A DNA stretch of 64,000 nucleotides, from contig NW_020845843.1 of the NCBI RefSeq assembly GCF_003704095.1, positions 62,001-126,000 of the forward strand, written 5' to 3'. Below, piece after piece: positions 60,278 to 64,000 of this stretch; positions within the stretch are counted from its first letter, which is position 1, and each line of letters begins with the position of its first letter. The DNA comes from Pocillopora damicornis (lineage: Eukaryota). The position numbers and the translations under genes are program-made. The notes beneath the pieces are model-generated. The model made no database searches. It had not been told where the DNA came from and saw only the letters and a program-made list of their open reading frames with translations.

Positions 60278-63200
60278 CTACGATAAATTCTCGAATTCTC
60301 CTCCAAGGCCGGCGTCTGCCTCAAGCATGTTCATGAAAACTGACATAGTTTCTTCGCTTTGTTCCATGGGAGCTTCCATTGACTCAATTGCATTCTGCAT
60401 TCCAATCAACTGTTCCAACAAGTGTGCCTGTGACAGCTGCAGCTGATTATCCAAACCAGCTCCAACCGCATGCGAGCCCGTTCTATCGGTAGACGGAACT
60501 CTTGGGGCATTTGGTGCGTTCGGTGAAATGTCGTCAATGTCTATCGTACTCACACCACCCGTATTAGATGGAAGACCCTCATTCAGTCGATTAAGACCTA
60601 GTCCGAACTGGAACTCCCTGAGATAATAGAAAGTAAAAGGCGAGTCACCTCTTTTCCAATTCATTTTTTAAATTACTGACGAGGAAATGAATAGCAGCTG
60701 AAAGAGAGAAGTACCATTCAGATCTCGGGAGTTTGAGAGTTCAGAGGGAAAGGGCCTGTTGTTAAATTAGGCGCTCGTCAAGAGTGCATAGCTCTTTTAC
60801 GACAAACACTCCTGACTCCTCAATATTACTGGCTCCTAATTGAAGACAACCCTAATGTACGGGCAGAGAAATAACCTCGGCAGGACTTCCTCCCTTTTCG
60901 AAACTTCACCTTAATGCAAGCAAACTTTCATTGGAATAATTGTTTGATGGTTCGATGCTGCCACACTGTTTCGTTTGCTTGTATTATCAAAAAAATAGAG
61001 ATGGTTTCAAAATCTTACTGTCACTAGAGGGGCGGGGTAGTCCTTCAAAAACAAGTTCTTTTTATGAAAAGGACAGTACCCACCTGTCTTGTGTTTCCTG
61101 GTTTTGAACCTGTTCGGCCACAATGGCCCCAATACGACTCGCACCTGCATTTCCCACATTAGCCATAGCAACGTCAAGTTCATGACTCTTCTTGCCAGCT
61201 GACATGGACCCTAAAATGGAGGAATTAACGTTTAATTTGCTTCCTCATAGCTTGGAAGACAAACTTAACGAAAACTGATTACTTTCAACAGGAGAAAACG
61301 TTTTAAATTCATTAAAAACTTCTGATTACAATAAAGGTAGAAATTATGACTATTTAGTGCCAATTCCACCGCCCAAATTTGGTCCAACACGCTTCATATG
61401 CCGACTAAGTTATCTAGCCTTGTAGGAAGGTTTCCATATCTATGCCATGATAACTCAAAACAAATAATCTGAAACAACACAGGGCGGTAATAGTTCGAGG
61501 GATGGTACGAGCTGGTCTGAGCGTATTGTAGTCAACGACTTACAGAACTTATTTTAGGATTGCAAAAAGAAGACTTGCAAACGACAAATAGGTCATGACT
61601 GCAGGCGGAGAGTGAAGTTTTGAGACATAACTACACTAACTACACTCAGCGGAGGAAAAGAGAAATCTCGTCCTTTTGAACTGACATTTTCAAGAAACCC
61701 CACTGCACAAGTAAAATAATATTCGTAGAACCTAATGAAGAAACTACATTTGATAAATGATGCAACTCAAAACGAGGAAAGAAGAATGATGAGTTCCTGT
61801 CTTTTTTTTTGTTTGTTTGTTTTTTTTAAACAAAAATATTTTCTTCCTTGAATTCACCGCTGGGCCTCGACTTGATCAACTTGACCAAGTCCCCCTAGGT
61901 CGATTTCAAAGATATTGAACATAGATTGCTGAGAGATTTTCCAGAGGATCAAATGCAAATTGAGAGCATTTTCAAACTTATTGAATGCTCAAAAAAAAAA
62001 AACTAAGTGATACACAATCGTAATCTTGACAAGAGCTAACCTGCATCTAACTGCTGCCCACGTTTCTTCAATACTTCTAACACTTGCTGTACACTCGTCT
62101 TTCCAGCCATACTGTCAGTTTGAGCTGAAGACCCAGATCCTACACTACTTGCGAGCTGCAAACTGGTGCAGGACACATCAGACGGAGGAGCTGCCAGGGG
62201 CAATGAAATTGACTCCAAACCCCTTAAGACAAAACACTAGTCATTATGGCAACCAACAATATCATGATTTGCTTGAGAGGCCTCTCCTATCCTTCATAAC
62301 AGTTTCATGGCGGAAAGTGAAGTCGAAGCCCGCACAAAGTTATTTTTTTCAGAATCAGTTATCTCCGGAACTCTCGCTGATTCTGCCCCTGGGTTGTTGC
62401 AAATTCATTCAGCATCTAGGCTTGTGATACTTTCAAATAAAAGATCCCGAGGCGTGAGACACAATTGAAAATAAAATACCCCTTCTTCGTTCGTGAAAAA
62501 CTTTTTTTTTCCACTAGGAGTCAAATTCTCAGGGAAAATGAGCACGTGAAAAGTAACGCTGCATACTATCTTAAAACACCCTCAACAATAGAGAAAAAAA
62601 AAGATCTAGTATGCTATACTCACGTGACCACAGTGTTGACGCAAACTAGAAACTCCAGTTCCTTTGACCAGGGATTTCGGAACACATTCGAACAAGTTCG
62701 TAATGGAAGATAGTGACCTGCCTTGCATCGAAACCTGTAAACATCAGTTGAAACAATCTCCCCCTGAAGAGCCCGACGATGGGAAATTGCTATTGAATTA
62801 AGGTCTTCTTGATGAAAATATTCATAACCAGAACTTCCTATGAGCTCCTGAGGTAGATAGCCAGTTATGGCGGTAGTTCTGCAAAAGGCAAAAGGTTCAG
62901 TCACCTTTAGGGCCAATAAAGTTATCATGACGGAAATTATCCCAGTATTCAGTGGCATGAAGTGAAGCAATGTGGAGTACTGCTGTGCCCCCTTTTACAA
63001 AAAGTTGGTCCAGTACAGTATTTCCCTCTACATTTTATTAGCTTTTCCTTACACCTATTTAAACCTCTTGAGTAGAAAGAAGCACTGTAAAAGTAGTGTC
63101 TTGGCCAAGAATACAACACTTTGACCCCAAGGTTCAAAGTCTGCAGCACTAACCACTTAGTCACCACATAACTAGTGTCAATGTTCTTTCACTAAAATCC

Positions 63201-63688
63201 TTTGTAAAAGGAGCTAGTATACATAAATTGAAAATCTTCCCAAATAAGCGAGCAGAATTAACCTGCTCTTGTCTTCTGATGCTCAATACACTACCAGATT
63301 TGTTCCTGAAATCAAATCAGAGTCAAAATTGACAGAACACCTTTACTTTAATTGTACCTTTACATTCTACACCAGTCTACTACAAAGAAATTCCACCAGT
63401 ATACCACATATGTATAGGAATAATTTCCCAGTCAAGGAGAAGGGAGAGGAGGCTAGATGTTTCCAACTCACCTCTGATCAACAAAGATAAATTTTCCATC
63501 TATACTGTGACGTGAGATGAATTTTTTGGCAATTCCTGGTTGTGAGAAATCTGTTGCTTCATCATAAATTGTTTCCAGTCTTCCCACTGCTACAAGACAA
63601 CTGAGATTTCTAGATTCGTTGTCTTCATCGTCCTCATCAAGTGAAGCTCCAGAGGGCGGCCATGATTTAAGGTATCCTGTACAATGAA
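60278..63688 (-). CDS. BMAL1: BMAL1/Cycle bHLH-PAS clock transcription factor, 3' portion (end of PAS-A, PAS-B, TAD); the 5' part lies beyond the window
   Basis: Minus-strand exons 63688-63472, 62878-62624, 62222-62041, 61210-61084, 60617-60278. BMAL-type peptides GYLKSWPP, NLSCLVAVGRL, SRHSIDGKFIFVDQR, YLPQEL..YEYFHQED, NPWSKELE, AGASRIGAIVAE, and the TAD LEADAGLGG. Confidence 0.93.
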
Positions 63689-64000
63689 CTAATTCACAAA
63701 ACAAAATAAGGGTTGGAATAATTAGTAAGAAATTTCAGCATTTCATTTGTTAGTTAATAGACAAAGGAAGAAAGAGAACTAAGTAGCATCATACAATAAA
63801 ATGTGTATTGACTGAGTTAGGTCAGGCCAGTCATGCCTTACAGACCAAGTGTATCAAGTAAGATATTTACCTGTACAGCCCTCCTACTCGGTCAATAAAG
63901 CCATTGTACCATATAGTTTAACTGTGTTAAGAGGTGGGCTCTTAGCTACACATAGCCACTGCATACAATTCATATGTGTCACACCCACCTACGACATATG

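Noticed and set aside
60714-60851. Extra BMAL1 exon with AG/GT-like ends
   Set aside because: It has stops in all three frames, and the flanking exons already join in phase.
60278-63688. ARNT/HIF-1beta identity
   Set aside because: YLKSWPP, NLSCLVA, DGKF-FVDQR, NPW-KE and the LEADAGLGG TAD are BMAL1/Cycle features, not ARNT features.

Overview
AT-rich, intron-rich animal genomic DNA. The repeat content and gene set suggest a cnidarian, probably a stony coral (inference). In order: (1) the 3' part of MSH4 (+; 23 exons, several of them micro-exons); (2) a tandem array of four ammonium transporter (Amt) genes (+; A at 9.3-17.6 kb with two alternative first exons, B at 28.9-34.9 kb, C at 42.8-49.1 kb, D at 54.0-58.4 kb) with identical sizes for exons 2-9; (3) between Amt-A and Amt-B, on the minus strand, a 5-exon, ~423-aa gene joining a signal-less N-terminal tail and one TM helix to a single LAR-type tyrosine phosphatase domain, with flanking charges that predict an inverted (type II, phosphatase-outside) topology; (4) the 3' part of the clock gene BMAL1/cycle (-), tail-to-tail with Amt-D. 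Three Amt promoters share an AATCACGTGG E-box. Three Amt proteins end in an x-T-x-F PDZ-type motif, which the CpG-decayed copy D lacks. Repeats include Penelope-like elements, six minimal hammerhead-like motifs, an L2/CR1-type LINE relic, several MITEs and a palindromic tRNA-Thr-derived element. There are four assembly gaps. Exon coordinates were read by eye from GT-AG boundaries and checked for frame.
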